A stretch of 64,000 nucleotides of DNA from Centroscyllium fabricii (taxonomy: Eukaryota), in the NCBI GenBank assembly GCA_051313645.2, contig JBNRSN020000118.1, positions 1,240,001-1,304,000 of the forward strand, written 5' to 3'. The position numbers and the translations under genes are program-made. The stretch's first letter is position 1. Every line of letters starts with the position of its first letter. Of this stretch, positions 12,140 through 27,100 are shown in pieces. A model generated the notes under the pieces. The model was not told the origin of the DNA, did no database searches, and was given only the letters and a program-made list of their open reading frames with translations.

Positions 12140-15100
12140 AGATGTTCATCATGTTGTGGTGCACTCTGTACAGATGTTCATCATGTTGTGGTGCACACTG
12201 TACAAATGTTCATCTTATTGTGTTGCACACTGTACAGATGTTCATCTTGTTGTGGTGCACACTGTACAGGTGTTCATCATGTTGTGGTGCACACTGTACA
12301 GATGTTCATCTTGTTGTGGTGCACACTGTACAGATGTTCACCTTGTTGTGGTGCACACTGTACAGATGTTCATCATATTGTGGTGCACACTGTACAGATG
12401 TTAATCTTGTTGTGGGGCACACTGTACAGATGTTCATCATGTTGTGGTGCACACTGTACAGATGTTCATCATGTTGTGGTGCACAATGTACAGATGTTCA
12501 CCTTTTTTGGTGCACACTGTACAGATGCTCATCTTGTTGTGGTGCAAACTGTACAGATGTTCATCATGTTGTGGTACACACTGTACAGATGTTCATCATG
12601 TTGTGGTGCACACTGTACAGATGTTCATCTTGTTGTGGTGCACACTGTACAGATGTTCATCTTGTTGTGGTGCACACTGTACAGATGTTCATCATGTTGT
12701 GGTGCACACTGTACTGATGTTCATCATGTTGTGGTGCACACTGTACAGATGTTCATCATGTTGTGGTGCACACTGTACAGATGTTCACCTTCTTGTGGTG
12801 TGCACAGTACATATGTTCATCTTGTTGTGGTGCACACTGTACAGATGTTCATCATGTTGTGGAGCACACTGTACAGATGTTCATCATGTTGTGGTGCACA
12901 ATGTACAGACGTTCATCATGTTGTGGTACACACTGTACAGATGTTCATCTTATTGTGGTGCACACTGTACATATGTTCATCTTGTTGTGGTGCACACTGT
13001 ACAGATGTTCATCAAGTTGTGGAGCACACTGTACAGATGTTCATCATGTTGTGGTGCACAATGTACAGACGTTCATCTTGTTGTGGTGCACACTGTACAG
13101 ATGTTCATCTTGTTGTGGTGCGCACTGTGCAGATGTTTGTCTTGTTGTGTTGCACACTGTACCGATGTTCATCTTGTTGTGGTGCACACTGTACAGATGT
13201 TCATCATGTTGTGGTGCACATTGTACAGATGTTCATCTTGTTGTGGTTCACATTGTACAGATGTTCACCATGTTGTGGTGCACACTGTACAGATGTTCAT
13301 CTTGCTGTGGTGCACACTGTACAGATGTTCATCATGTTGTAGTGCACACTGTGCAGATGTTCATCTTGTTGTGGTGCACACTGTACAGATGTTCATCTTG
13401 TTGTGGTGCAAACTGTACAGATGTTCATCATGTTGTGGTGCATAATGTACAGATGTACATCTTGTTGTGGTGCACACTGTACAGATGTTCATCATATTGT
13501 GGTGCACACTTTACAGATGTTCATCATGCTGTTGTGCACACTGTACAGATGCTCATCTTGTTGTGGTGCAAACTGTACAGATGTTCATCATGTTGTGGTA
13601 CACACTGTACAGATGTTCATCATGTTGTGGTGCACACTGTACAGATGTTCATCTTGTTGTGGTGCACACTGAACAGATGTGCATCATGTTGTGGTGCACA
13701 CTGTACAGATGTTCATCATGTTGTGGTACACACTGTACAGATGTTCATCATGTTGTGCTGCACTATGTACAGATGTTCATCATGTTGTGGTGCACACTGT
13801 ACAAATGTTCATCTTATTGAGTTGCACACTGTACAGATGTTCATCTTGTTGTGGTGCACACTGTACAGATGTTCATCATGTTGTGGTGCATACTGTACAG
13901 ATGTTCATCTTGTTGTGGTGCACACTGTACAGATGTTCATCTTGTTGTGGTACACACTGTACAGATGTTCATCATATTGTGGTGCACACTGTACAGATGT
14001 TCATCGTGTTGTGGTGCACACTGTACAATTGTTCATCATGTTGTGGTGCACACTGTACAGATGCTCATCATGTTTTGGAGCACACTGTACAGATGTTCAT
14101 CATGTTGTGGTGCACACTGTACAGATGTACAACATGTTGTGGTGCACATTGTTCAGATGTTCATCATGTTGTGGTGCACACTGTACAGATGTTCATCATG
14201 TTGTGGTGCACACTGTACAGATGTTCATCATGTTGTGGTGCACAATGTACAGATGTTCATCTTGTTGTGGTGCACACAGTACAGATGTTCTTCATGTCGT
14301 GGTGCACACTGTACAGATGTTCATCATGTTGTGGTGCACACTGTACAGATGTTCATCATGTCGTGGTGCACACTGTACAGATGTTCATCATGTTGTGGTG
14401 TACACTGTAGAGATGTTCATTATGTTGTGGTGCACACAGTACAGATGTTCATCTTTTTGTGGTGCACACTGTACAGATGTTCATCTTGTTGTGGTGCACA
14501 CTGTACAGATGTTAATCTTGTTGTGGTGCACACTGTACAGATGTTCATCTTTTTGTGGTGCACACTGTACAGATGTTCGTCATGTTGTGGTGCACACTGT
14601 ACAGATGTTGATCTTGTTGTGGTGCACACTGTACAGATGTTAATCTTGTTGTGGTGCACACTGTACAGATGTTCATCCTGTTGTGGTGCACACTGTACAG
14701 ATGTTCATCATGTTGCGGTGCACACTGTACAGATGTACAACGTGTTGTGGTGCACACTGTACAGATGTTCATCTTGTTGTAGTGCACAATGTACAGATGT
14801 CCATCCTGTTATGGTGCACACTGTACAGATGTTCATCATGTTGTGGTGCACAATGTACAGATGTTCATCTTGTTGTGGTGTACAATGTACAGATGTTCAT
14901 CATGTTGTGGTGCACACTGTACAGATGTTCAGCATATTGTCGTGCAGACTGTACAGATGTTCATCATGTTGTGGTGCACACTGTATAAAATGTTCATCAT
15001 GTTGTGGTGCACAATGTACAGATGTTCATCTTGTTGTGGTGTACAATGTACAGATGTTCATCATGTTGTGGTGCACACTGTACAGATGTTCAGCATATTG

Positions 15101-18100
15101 TGGTGCACACTGTACAGATGTTAATCTTGTTGTGGTGCACAATGTACAGATGTTCATCTTTTTGTGGTGCACACTGTACAGATGTTCATCATGTTGTGGT
15201 GCATACTGTACAGATGTACATCTTGTTGTGGTGCACACTGTACAGATGTTCATCATGTTGTGGTGCACACTGTACAGATGCTCATCTTGTTGTGGTGCAA
15301 ACTGTACAGATGTTCATCATGTTGTGGTACACACTGTACAGATGTTCATCATGTTGTGGTGCACACTGTACAGATGTTCATCTTGTTGTGGTGCACACTG
15401 AACAGATGTGCATCTTGCTGTGGTGCACACTGTACAGATGTTCATCATGTTGTGGTGCACATTGTACAGATGTTCATCTTGTTGTGGTTCACATTGTACA
15501 GATGTTCACCATGTTGTGGTGCACACTGTACAGATGTTCGTCTTGCTGTGGTGCACACTGTACAGATGTTCATCATGTTGTAGTGCACACTGTCCAGATG
15601 TTCATCTTGTTGTGGTGCACACTGCACAGATGTTCATCTTGTTGTGGTGCACACTGTACAGATGTTCATCATGTTGTGGTTCATACTGTACAGATGTACA
15701 TCTTGTTGTGGTGCACACTGTACAGATGTTCATCATGTTGTGGTGCACACTTTACAGATGTTCATCATGCTGTTGTGCACACTGTACAGATGCTCATCTT
15801 GTTGTGGTGCAAACTGTACAGATGTTCATCATGTTGTGGTACACACTGTACAGATGTTCATCATGTTGTGGTGCACACTGTACAGATGTTCATCTTGTTG
15901 TGGTGCACACTGAACAGATGTGCATCATGTTGTGGTGCACACTGTACAGATGTTCATCATGTTGTGGTACACACTGTACAGATGTTCATCATGTTGTGCT
16001 GCACAATGAACAGATGTTCATCATGTTGTGGTGCACACTGTACAAATGTTCATCTTATTGTGTTGCACACTGTACAGATGTTCATCTTGTTGTGGTGAAC
16101 ACTGTACAGATGTTCATCATGTTGTGGTGCACACTGTACAGATGTTCATCATGTTGTGGTGCACACTGTACAGATGTTCATCATGTTGTGGTGCACACTG
16201 TACAGATGTTCATCATGTTGTGGTGCACACTGTACAGACGTTCATCATGTTGTGGATCACACTGTACAGATGTTCAACATGTTGTGGTGCACACTGTACA
16301 GATGTTCATCATGTTGTGGTGCACACTGTACAGATGTTCATCATGTTGTTGTGCACAATGTACAGATGTTCATCTTGTTGTGGTGCACACTGTACAGATG
16401 TTCATCATGTTGTGGTGCACATTGTACAGATGTTCATCATGTTCTGGTGCACACTGTACAGATGTTCATCATGTTGTGGTGCACACTGTACAGATGTTCA
16501 TCATGTTGTGGTGCACACTGTACAGATGTTCATCTTGTTGTGGTGCACACTGTACAGATGTTCATCATGTTGTGGTGCACATTGTACAGATGTTCGTCAT
16601 GTTGTGGTGCACACGGTACAGATGTTCATCATGTTGTGGTGCACACTGTACAGATGTTCATCATGTTGTGGTGCACACTGTACAAATGTTCATCTTATTG
16701 TGTTGCACACTGTACAGATGTTCATCTTGTAGTGGTGCACACTGTACAGATGTTCATCATGTTGTGGTGCACACTGTACAGATGTTCATCTTGTTGTGGT
16801 GCACACTGTACAGATGTTCATCTTGTTTTGGTGCACACTGTACAGATGTTCATCATATTGTGGTGCACACTGTACAAATGTTCATCTTGTTGTGGTGCAC
16901 ACTGTACAGATGTTCATCATGTTGTGGTGCACACTGTACAGATGTTCATCATGTTGTGGTGCACACTGTACAGATGTTCACCTTTTTTGGTGCACACTGT
17001 ACAGATGCTCATCTTGTTGTGGTGCAAACTGTACAGATGTTCATCATGTTGTAGTACACACTGTGCAGATGTTCATCATGTTGTGGTGCACACTGTACAT
17101 ATGTTCATCTTGTTGTGGTGCACACTGTACAGATGTTCATCTTATTGTGGTGCACACTGTACAGATGTTCAACATGTTGTGGTGCACACTGTACAGATGT
17201 TCATCATGTTGTGGTGCACACTGTACAGATGTTCACCTTCTTGTTGTGTACACAGTACAGATGTTCATCATGTTGTGGAGCACACTGTACAGATGTTCCT
17301 CATGTTGTGGTACACACTGTGCAGATGTTCATCTTATTGTGGTGCACACTGTACAGATGTTCATCTTGTTGTGGTGCACACTGTACAGATGTTCATCTTG
17401 TTGTGTTGCACACTGTACAGATGTTCACCTTGTTGTGGTGCACACTGTACAGATGTTCATCATGTTGTGGTGCACATTGTACAGATGTTCATCTTGTTGT
17501 GGTTCACATTGTACAGATGTTCACCATGTTGTGGTGCACACTGTAGAGATGTTCATCTTGTTGTGGTGCACAGTGTACAGATGTTCATCATGTTGTAGTG
17601 CACACTGTGCATATGTTCATCTTGTTGTGGTGCACACTGTACAGATGTTCATCTTGTTGTGGTGCACAATGTACAGATGTTCATCATGTTGTGGTGCATA
17701 CTGTACAAATATACAACTTGTTGTGGTGCACACTGTACAGATGTTCATCATGTTGTGGTGCACTCTTTACAGATGTTCCTCATGCTGTTGTGCACACTGT
17801 ACAGATGCTCATCTTGTTGTGGTGCAAACTGTACAGATGTTCATCAGGTTGTTGTACACACTGTGCAGATGTTCATCAGGTTGTGGTGCACACTGTACAG
17901 ATGTTCATCTTGTTGTGGTGCACACTCTACAGATGTTCATCATGTCGTGGTGCACACTGTACAGATATTCATCATGTTGTGGTGCACACTGTAGAGATGT
18001 TCATCATGTTGTGGTGCACACTGTACAGATGTTCATCATGTTGTGGTGCACACTGTACAAATGTTCATCTTATTGTGTTGCACACTGTACAGATGTTCAT

Positions 18101-21100
18101 CTTGTTGTGGTGCACACTGTACAGATGTTCATCATGTTGTGGTGCACACTGTACAGATGTTCATCTTGTTGTGGTGCACACTGTACAGATGTTCATCTTG
18201 TTGTGGTGCACATTCTACAGATGTTCATCATGTTGTGGTGCATACTGTACAGATGTACATCTTGTTGTGGTGCACACTGTACAGATGTTCATCACGTTGT
18301 GGTGCACACTTTACAGATGTTCATCATGCTGTTGTGCACACTGTACAGATGCTCATCTTGTTGTGGTGCAAACTGTACAGATGTTCATCATGTTGTGGTA
18401 CACACTGTACAGATGTTCATCATGTTGTTGTGCACACTTTACATATGTTCATCTTGTTGTGGTGCACACTTTACAGATGTTCATCATGTTGTGGTGCACA
18501 CTGCACAGATGTTCATCATGCTGTGGTGCACACTGTACAAATGTTCATCTTATTGTGTTGAACACTGTACAGATGTTCATCTTGTTGTGGTGCACACTGT
18601 ACAGATGTTCATCATGTTGAGGTGCACAATGTACAGATGTTCATCTTGTTGTGGTGCACACTGTACAGATGTTCATCTTGTTGTGGTGCACACTGTACAG
18701 ATGTTCATCATATTGTGGTGCACACTGTACAGATGTTCATCTTGTTGTGGTGCACACTGTACAGATGTTCATCATGTTGTCGTGCACACTTTACAGATGT
18801 TCATCATGTTGTGGTGCACACTGTACAGATGTTCATCATGTTGTGGTGCACACTGTACAGATGTTCATCATGTTGTGGTGCACATTGTACAGATGGTCAT
18901 CATGTTGTGGTGCACACTGTACAGATGTTCATCATGTTGTTGTGCACACTGTACAGATGTTCATCATGTTGTGGTGCACAATGTACAGATGTTCATCTTG
19001 TTGTGGTGCACACTGTACAGATGTTCATCATGTTGTGGTGCACACTGTACAGATGTTCATCATGTTGTGGTGCACATTTTACAGATGTTCAACATGTTGT
19101 GATGCACACTGTACAGATTTTCATCATGTTGTGGTGCACACTGTACAGATGTTCATCATGTTGTTGTGCACAATGTACAGATGTTCATCTTGTTGTGGTG
19201 CACACTGTACAGATGTTCATCATGTTGTGGTGCACATTGTACAGATGTTCATCATGTTGTGGTGCACACTGTACAGATGTTCATCATGTTGTGGTGCACA
19301 CTGTACAGATGTCCATCATGTTGTGGTGCACACTGTACAGATGTTCATCTTGTTGTGGTGCACACTGTACAGATGTGCATCATGTTGTGGTGCACACTGT
19401 ACAGATGTTCATCATGTTGTGGTGCACAATGTACAGATGTTCATCATGTTGTGGTGCACACTGTACAGATGTTCATCATGTTGTGGTGCACACTGTACAA
19501 ATGTTCATCTTATTGTGTTGCACACTGTACAGATGTTCATCTTGTTGTGGTGCACACTGTACAGATGTTCATCATGTTGTGGTGCACACTGTACAGATGT
19601 TCATCTTGTTGTGGTGCACACTGTACAGATGTTCATCTTGTTGTGGTGCACACTGTACAGATGTTCATCATATTGTGGTGCACACTGTACAGATGTGAAA
19701 CTTGTTGTGGGGCACACTGTACAGATGTTCATCATGTTGTGGTGCACACTGTACAGATGTTCATCATGTTGTGGTGCACACTGTACAGATGTTCACCTTT
19801 TTTGGTGCACGCTGTACAGATGCTCATCTTGTTGTGGTGCAAACTGTACAGATGTTCATCATGTTGTTGTACACACTGTACAGATGTTCATCATGTTGTG
19901 GTGCACACAGTACAGATGGTCATCTTGTTGTGGTGCACACTGTACAGATGTTCATCTTGTTGTGGTGCACACTGTACAGATGTTCATCATGTTGTGGTGC
20001 ACACTGTACAGATGTTCATCATGTTGTGGTGCACACTGTACAGATGTTCATCATGTTGTGGTGCACACTGTACAGATGTTCACCTTCTTGTGGTGTGCAC
20101 AATACATATGTTCATCTTGTTGTGGTGCACACTGTACAGATGTTCATCATGTTGTGGAGCACACTGTACAGATGTTCATCATGTTGTGGTGCACAATGTA
20201 CAGACGTTCATCATGTTGTGGTACACACTGTACAGATGTTCATCTTATTGTGGTGCACACTGTACATATGTTCATCTTGTTGTAGTGCACACAGTACAGA
20301 TGTTCATCATGTTGTGGAGCACACTGTACAGATGTTCATCATGTTGTGGTGCACAATGTACAGACGTTCATCTTGTTGTGGTGCACACTGTACAGATGTT
20401 CATCTTGTTGTGGTGCGCACTGTGCAGATGTTCATCTTGTTGTGTTGCAAACTGTACAGATGTTCATCTTGTTGTGGTGCACACTGTACAGATGTTCATC
20501 ATGTTGTGGTGCACATTGTACAGATGTTCATCTTGTTGTGGTTCACATTGTACAGATGTTCACCATGTTGTGGTGCACACTGTACAGATGTTCATCTTGC
20601 TGTGGTGCACACTGTACAGATGATCATCATGTTGTAGTGCACACTGTGCAGATGTTCATCTTGTTGTGGTGCACACTGTACAGACGTTCATCTTGTTGTG
20701 GTGCACACTGTACAGATGTTCATCTTGTTGTGGTGCATACTGTACAGATGTACATCTTGTTGTGGTGCACACTGTACAGATGTTCATCATGTTGTAGTGC
20801 ACACTGTGCATAGGTTCACCTTGTTGTGGTGCACACTGTACAGATGTTCATCTTGTTGTGGTGCACATTGTACAGATGTTCATCATGTTGTGGTGCATAC
20901 TGTACAGATATACAACTTGTTGTGGTGCACACTGTACAGATGTTCATCATGTTGTGGTGCACTCTTTACAGATGTTCCTCATGCTGTTGTGCACACTGTA
21001 CAGATGCTCATCTTGTTGTGGTGCAAACTGTACAGATGTTCATCAGGTTGTTGAACACACTGTACAGATGTTCATCATGTTGTGGTGCACACTGTACAGA

Positions 21101-24100
21101 TGTTCATCTTGTTGTGGTGCACACTGTACAGATGTTCATCATGTCGTGGTGCACACTGTACAGATATTCATCATGTTGTGGTGCACACTGTATAGATGTT
21201 CATCATGTTGTGGTGCACACTGTACAGATGTTCATCATGTTGTGGTGCACACTGTAAAAATGTTCATCTTATTGTGTTGCACACTGTACAGATGTTCATC
21301 TTGTTGTGGTGCACACTGTACAGATGTTCATCATGTTGTGGTACACACTGTACAGATGTTCATCTTGTTGTGGTGCACACTGTACAGATGTTCATCTTGT
21401 TGTGGTGCACATTCTACAGATGTTCATCATGTTGTGGTGCATACTGTACAGATGTACATCTTGTTGTGGTGCACACTGTACAGATGTTCATCACGTTGTG
21501 GTGCACACTTTACAGATGTTCATCATGCTGTTGTGCACACTGTACAGATGCTCATCTTGTTGTGGTGCAAACTGTACAGATGTTCATCATGTTGTGGTAC
21601 ACACTGTACAGATGTTCATCATGTTGTGGTGCACACTGTACATATGTTCATCTTGTTGTGGTGCAATTTTACAGATGTTCATCATGTTGTGGAGCACACT
21701 GCACAGATGTTCATCATGTTGTGGTGCACACTGTACAAATGTTCATCTTATTGTGTTGAACACTGTACAGATGTTCATCTTGTTGTGGTGCACACTGTAC
21801 AGATGTTCATCATGTTGAGGTGCACAATGTACAGATGTTCATCTTGTTGTGGTGCACACTGTACAGATGTTCATCTTGTTGTGCTGCACACTGTACAGAT
21901 GTTCATCATTTTGTGGTGCACAATGTACAGATGTTCATCTTGTTGTGGTGCACACTGTACAGATGTTCATCATGTTGTCGTGCACACTGTACAGATGTTC
22001 ATCATGTTGTGGTGCACACTGTACAGATGTTCATCATGTTGTGGTGCACACTGTACAGATGTTCATCATGTTGTGGTGCACATTGTACAGATGGTCATCA
22101 TGTTGTGGTGCACACTGTACAGATGTTCATCATGTTGTTGTGCACACTGTACAGATGTTCATCATGTTGTGGTGCACAATGTACAGATGTTCATCTTGTT
22201 GTGGTGCACACTGTACAGATGTTCATCATGTTGTGGTGCACACTGTACAGATGTTCATCATGTTGTGGTGCACATTTTACAGATGTTCAACATGTTGTGA
22301 TGCACACTGTACAGATTTTCATCATGTTGTGGTGCACACTGTACAGCTGTTCATCATGTTGTTGTGCACAATGTACAGATGTTCATCTTGTTGTGGTGCA
22401 CACTGTACAGATGTTCATCATGTTGTGGTGCACATTGTACAGATGTTCATCATGTTGTGGTGCACACTGTACAGATGTTCATCATGTTGTGGTGCACACT
22501 GTACAAATGTCCATCATGTTGTGGTGCACACTGTACAGATGTTCAACTTGTTGTGGTGCACACTGTACAGATGTTCATCATGTTGTGGTGCACACTGTAC
22601 AGATGTTCATCATGTTGTGGTGCACACTGTACAGATGTTCATCATGTTGTGGTGCACACTGTACAGATGATCATCATGTTGTGGTGCACACTGTACAAAT
22701 GTTCATCTTATTGTGTTGCACACTGTACAGATGTTCATCTTGTTGTGGTGCACACTGTACAGATGTTCATCATGTTGTGGTGCACACTGTACAGATGTTC
22801 ATCTTGTTGTGGTGCACACTGTACAGATGTTCATCTTGTTGTTGTGCACACTGTACAGATGTTCATCATATTGTGGTGCACACTGTACAGATGTTAATCT
22901 TGTTGTGGGGCACACTGTACAGATGTTCATCATGTTGTGGTGCACACTGTACAGATGTTCATCATGTTGTGGTGCACACTGTACAGATGTTCACCTTTTT
23001 TGGTGCACACTGTACAGATGCTCATCTTGTTGTGGTGCAAACTGTACAGATGTTCATCATGTTGTGGTACACACTGTACAGATGTTCATCATGTTGTGGT
23101 GCACACAGTACAGATGTTCATCTTGTTGTGGTGCACACTGTACAGATGTTCATCTTGTTGTGGTGCACACTGTACAGATGTTCATCATGTTGTGGTGCAC
23201 GCTGTACAGATGTTCATCATGTTGTGGTGCACTCTGTACAGATGTTCATCATGTTGTGGTGCACACTGTACAAATGTTCATCTTATTGTGTTGCACACTG
23301 TACAGATGTTCATCTTGTTGTGGTGCACACTGTACAGGTGTTCATCATGTTGTGGTGCACACTGTACAGATGTTCATCTTGTTGTGGTGCACACTGTACA
23401 GATGTTCACCTTGTTGTGGTGCACACTGTACAGATGTTCATCATATTGTGGTGCACACTGTACAGATGTTAATCTTGTTGTGGGGCACACTGTACAGATG
23501 TTCATCATGTTGTGGTGCACACTGTACAGATGTTCATCATGTTGTGGTGCACAATGTACAGATGTTCACCTTTTTTGGTGCACACTGTACAGATGCTCAT
23601 CTTGTTGTGGTGCAAACTGTACAGATGTTCATCATGTTGTGGTACACACTGTACAGATGTTCATCATGTTGTGGTGCACACTGTACAGATGTTCATCTTG
23701 TTGTGGTGCACACTGTACAGATGTTCATCTTGTTGTGGTGCACACTGTACAGATGTTCATCATGTTGTGGTGCACACTGTACTGATGTTCATCATGTTGT
23801 GGTGCACACTGTACAGATGTTCATCATGTTGTGGTGCACACTGTACAGATGTTCACCTTCTTGTGGTGTGCACAGTACATATGTTCATCTTGTTGTGGTG
23901 CACACTGTACAGATGTTCATCATGTTGTGGAGCACACTGTACAGATGTTCATCATGTTGTGGTGCACAATGTACAGACGTTCATCATGTTGTGGTACACA
24001 CTGTACAGATGTTCATCTTATTGTGGTGCACACTGTACATATGTTCATCTTGTTGTGGTGCACACTGTACAGATGTTCATCAAGTTGTGGAGCACACTGT

Positions 24101-27100
24101 ACAGATGTTCATCATGTTGTGGTGCACAATGTACAGACGTTCATCTTGTTGTGGTGCACACTGTACAGATGTTCATCTTGTTGTGGTGCGCACTGTGCAG
24201 ATGTTCGTCTTGTTGTGTTGCACACTGTACAGATGTTCATCTTGTTGTGGTGCACACTGTACAGATGTTCATCATGTTGTGGTGCACATTGTACAGATGT
24301 TCATCTTGTTGTGGTTCACATTGTACAGATGTTCACCATGTTGTGGTGCACACTGTACAGATGTTCATCTTGCTGTGGTGCACACTGTACAGATGTTCAT
24401 CATGTTGTAGTGCACACTGTGCAGATGTTCATCTTGTTGTGGTGCACACTGTACAGATGTTCATCTTGTTGTGGTGCAAACTGTACAGATGTTCATCATG
24501 TTGTGGTGCATAATGTACAGATGTACATCTTGTTGTGGTGCACACTGTACAGATGTTCATCATGTTGTGGTGCACACTTTACAGATGTTCATCATGCTGT
24601 TGTGCACACTGTACAGATGCTCATCTTGTTGTGGTGCAAACTGTACAGTTGTTCATCATGTTGTGGTACACACTGTACAGATGTTCATCATGTTGTGGTG
24701 CACACTGTACAGATGTTCATCTTGTTGTGGTGCACACTGAACAGATGTGCATCATGTTGTGGTGCACACTGTACAGATGTTCATCATGTTGTGGTACACA
24801 CTGTACAGATGTTCATCATGTTGTGCTGCACTATGTACAGATGTTCATCATGTTGTGGTGCACACTGTACAAATGTTCATCTTATTGAGTTGCACACTGT
24901 ACAGATGTTCATCTTGTTGTGGTGCACACTGTACAGATGTTCATCATGTTGTGGTGCATACTGTACAGATGTTCATCTTGTTGTGGTGCACACTGTACAG
25001 ATGTTCATCTTGTTGTGGTACACACTGTACAGATGTTCATCATATTGTGGTGCACACTGTACAGATGTTCATCGTGTTGTGGTGCACACTGTACAATTGT
25101 TCATCATGTTGTGGTGCACACTGTACAGATGCTCATCATGTTTTGGAGCACACTGTACAGATGTTCATCATGTTGTGGTGCACACTGTACAGATGTACAA
25201 CATGTTGTGGTGCACATTGTTCAGATGTTCATCATGTTGTGGTGCACACTGTACAGATGTTCATCATGTTGTGGTGCACACTGTACAGATGTTCATCATG
25301 TTGTGGTGCACAATGTACAGATGTTCATCTTGTTGTGGTGCACACAGTACAGATGTTCTTCATGTCGTGGTGCACACTGTACAGATGTTCATCATGTTGT
25401 GGTGCACACTGTACAGATGTTCATCATGTTGTGGTGCACACTGTACAGATGTTCATCATGTTGTGGTGTACACTGTAGAGATGTTCATTATGTTGTGGTG
25501 CACACAGTACAGATGTTCATCTTTTTGTGGTGCACACTGTACAGATGTTCATCTTGTTGTGGTGCACACTGTACAGATGTTAATCTTGTTGTGGTGCACA
25601 CTGTACAGATGTTCATCTTTTTGTGGTGCACACTGTACAGATGTTCGTCATGTTGTGGTGCACACTGTACAGATGTTGATCTTGTTGTGGTGCACACTGT
25701 ACAGATGTTAATCTTGTTGTGGTGCACACTGTACAGATGTTCATCCTGTTGTGGTGCACACTGTACAGATGTTCATCATGTTGCGGTGCACACTGTACAG
25801 ATGTACAACGTGTTGTGGTGCACACTGTACAGATGTTCATCTTGTTGTAGTGCACAATGTACAGATGTCCATCCTGTTATGGTGCACACTGTACAGATGT
25901 TCATCATGTTGTGGTGCACAATGTACAGATGTTCATCTTGTTGTGGTGTACAATGTACAGATGTTCATCATGTTGTGGTGCACACTGTACAGATGTTCAG
26001 CATATTGTCGTGCAGACTGTACAGATGTTCATCATGTTGTGGTGCACACTGTATAAAATGTTCATCATGTTGTGGTGCACAATGTACAGATGTTCATCTT
26101 GTTGTGGTGTACAATGTACAGATGTTCATCATGTTGTGGTGCACACTGTACAGATGTTCAGCATATTGTGGTGCACACTGTACAGATGTTAATCTTGTTG
26201 TGGTGCACAATGTACAGATGTTCATCTTTTTGTGGTGCACACTGTACAGATGTTCATCATGTTGTGGTGCATACTGTACAGATGTACATCTTGTTGTGGT
26301 GCACACTGTACAGATGTTCATCATGTTGTGGTGCACACTGTACAGATGCTCATCTTGTTGTGGTGCAAACTGTACAGATGTTCATCATGTTGTGGTACAC
26401 ACTGTACAGATGTTCATCATGTTGTGGTGCACACTGTACAGATGTTCATCTTGTTGTGGTGCACACTGAACAGATGTGCATCTTGCTGTGGTGCACACTG
26501 TACAGATGTTCATCATGTTGTGGTGCACATTGTACAGATGTTCATCTTGTTGTGGTTCACATTGTACAGATGTTCACCATGTTGTGGTGCACACTGTACA
26601 GATGTTCGTCTTGCTGTGGTGCACACTGTACAGATGTTCATCATGTTGTAGTGCACACTGTCCAGATGTTCATCTTGTTGTGGTGCACACTGCACAGATG
26701 TTCATCTTGTTGTGGTGCACACTGTACAGATGTTCATCATGTTGTGGTGCATACTGTACAGATGTACATCTTGTTGTGGTGCACACTGTACAGATGTTCA
26801 TCATGTTGTGGTGCACACTTTACAGATGTTCATCATGCTGTTGTGCACACTGTACAGATGCTCATCTTGTTGTGGTGCAAACTGTACAGATGTTCATCAT
26901 GTTGTGGTACACACTGTACAGATGTTCATCATGTTGTGGTGCACACTGTACAGATGTTCATCTTGTTGTGGTGCACACTGAACAGATGTGCATCATGTTG
27001 TGGTGCACACTGTACAGATGTTCATCATGTTGTGGTACACACTGTACAGATGTTCATCATGTTGTGCTGCACAATGAACAGATGTTCATCATGTTGTGGT

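Noticed and set aside
3-12717. Long overlapping + strand ORFs (1,353, 1,300 and 1,007 aa) as metallothionein, zinc-finger or keratin-associated proteins
   Set aside because: All three frames are open simultaneously with rotated copies of one 32-aa unit. Variants show no visible codon-position bias, and ORF ends coincide with sporadic point variants.
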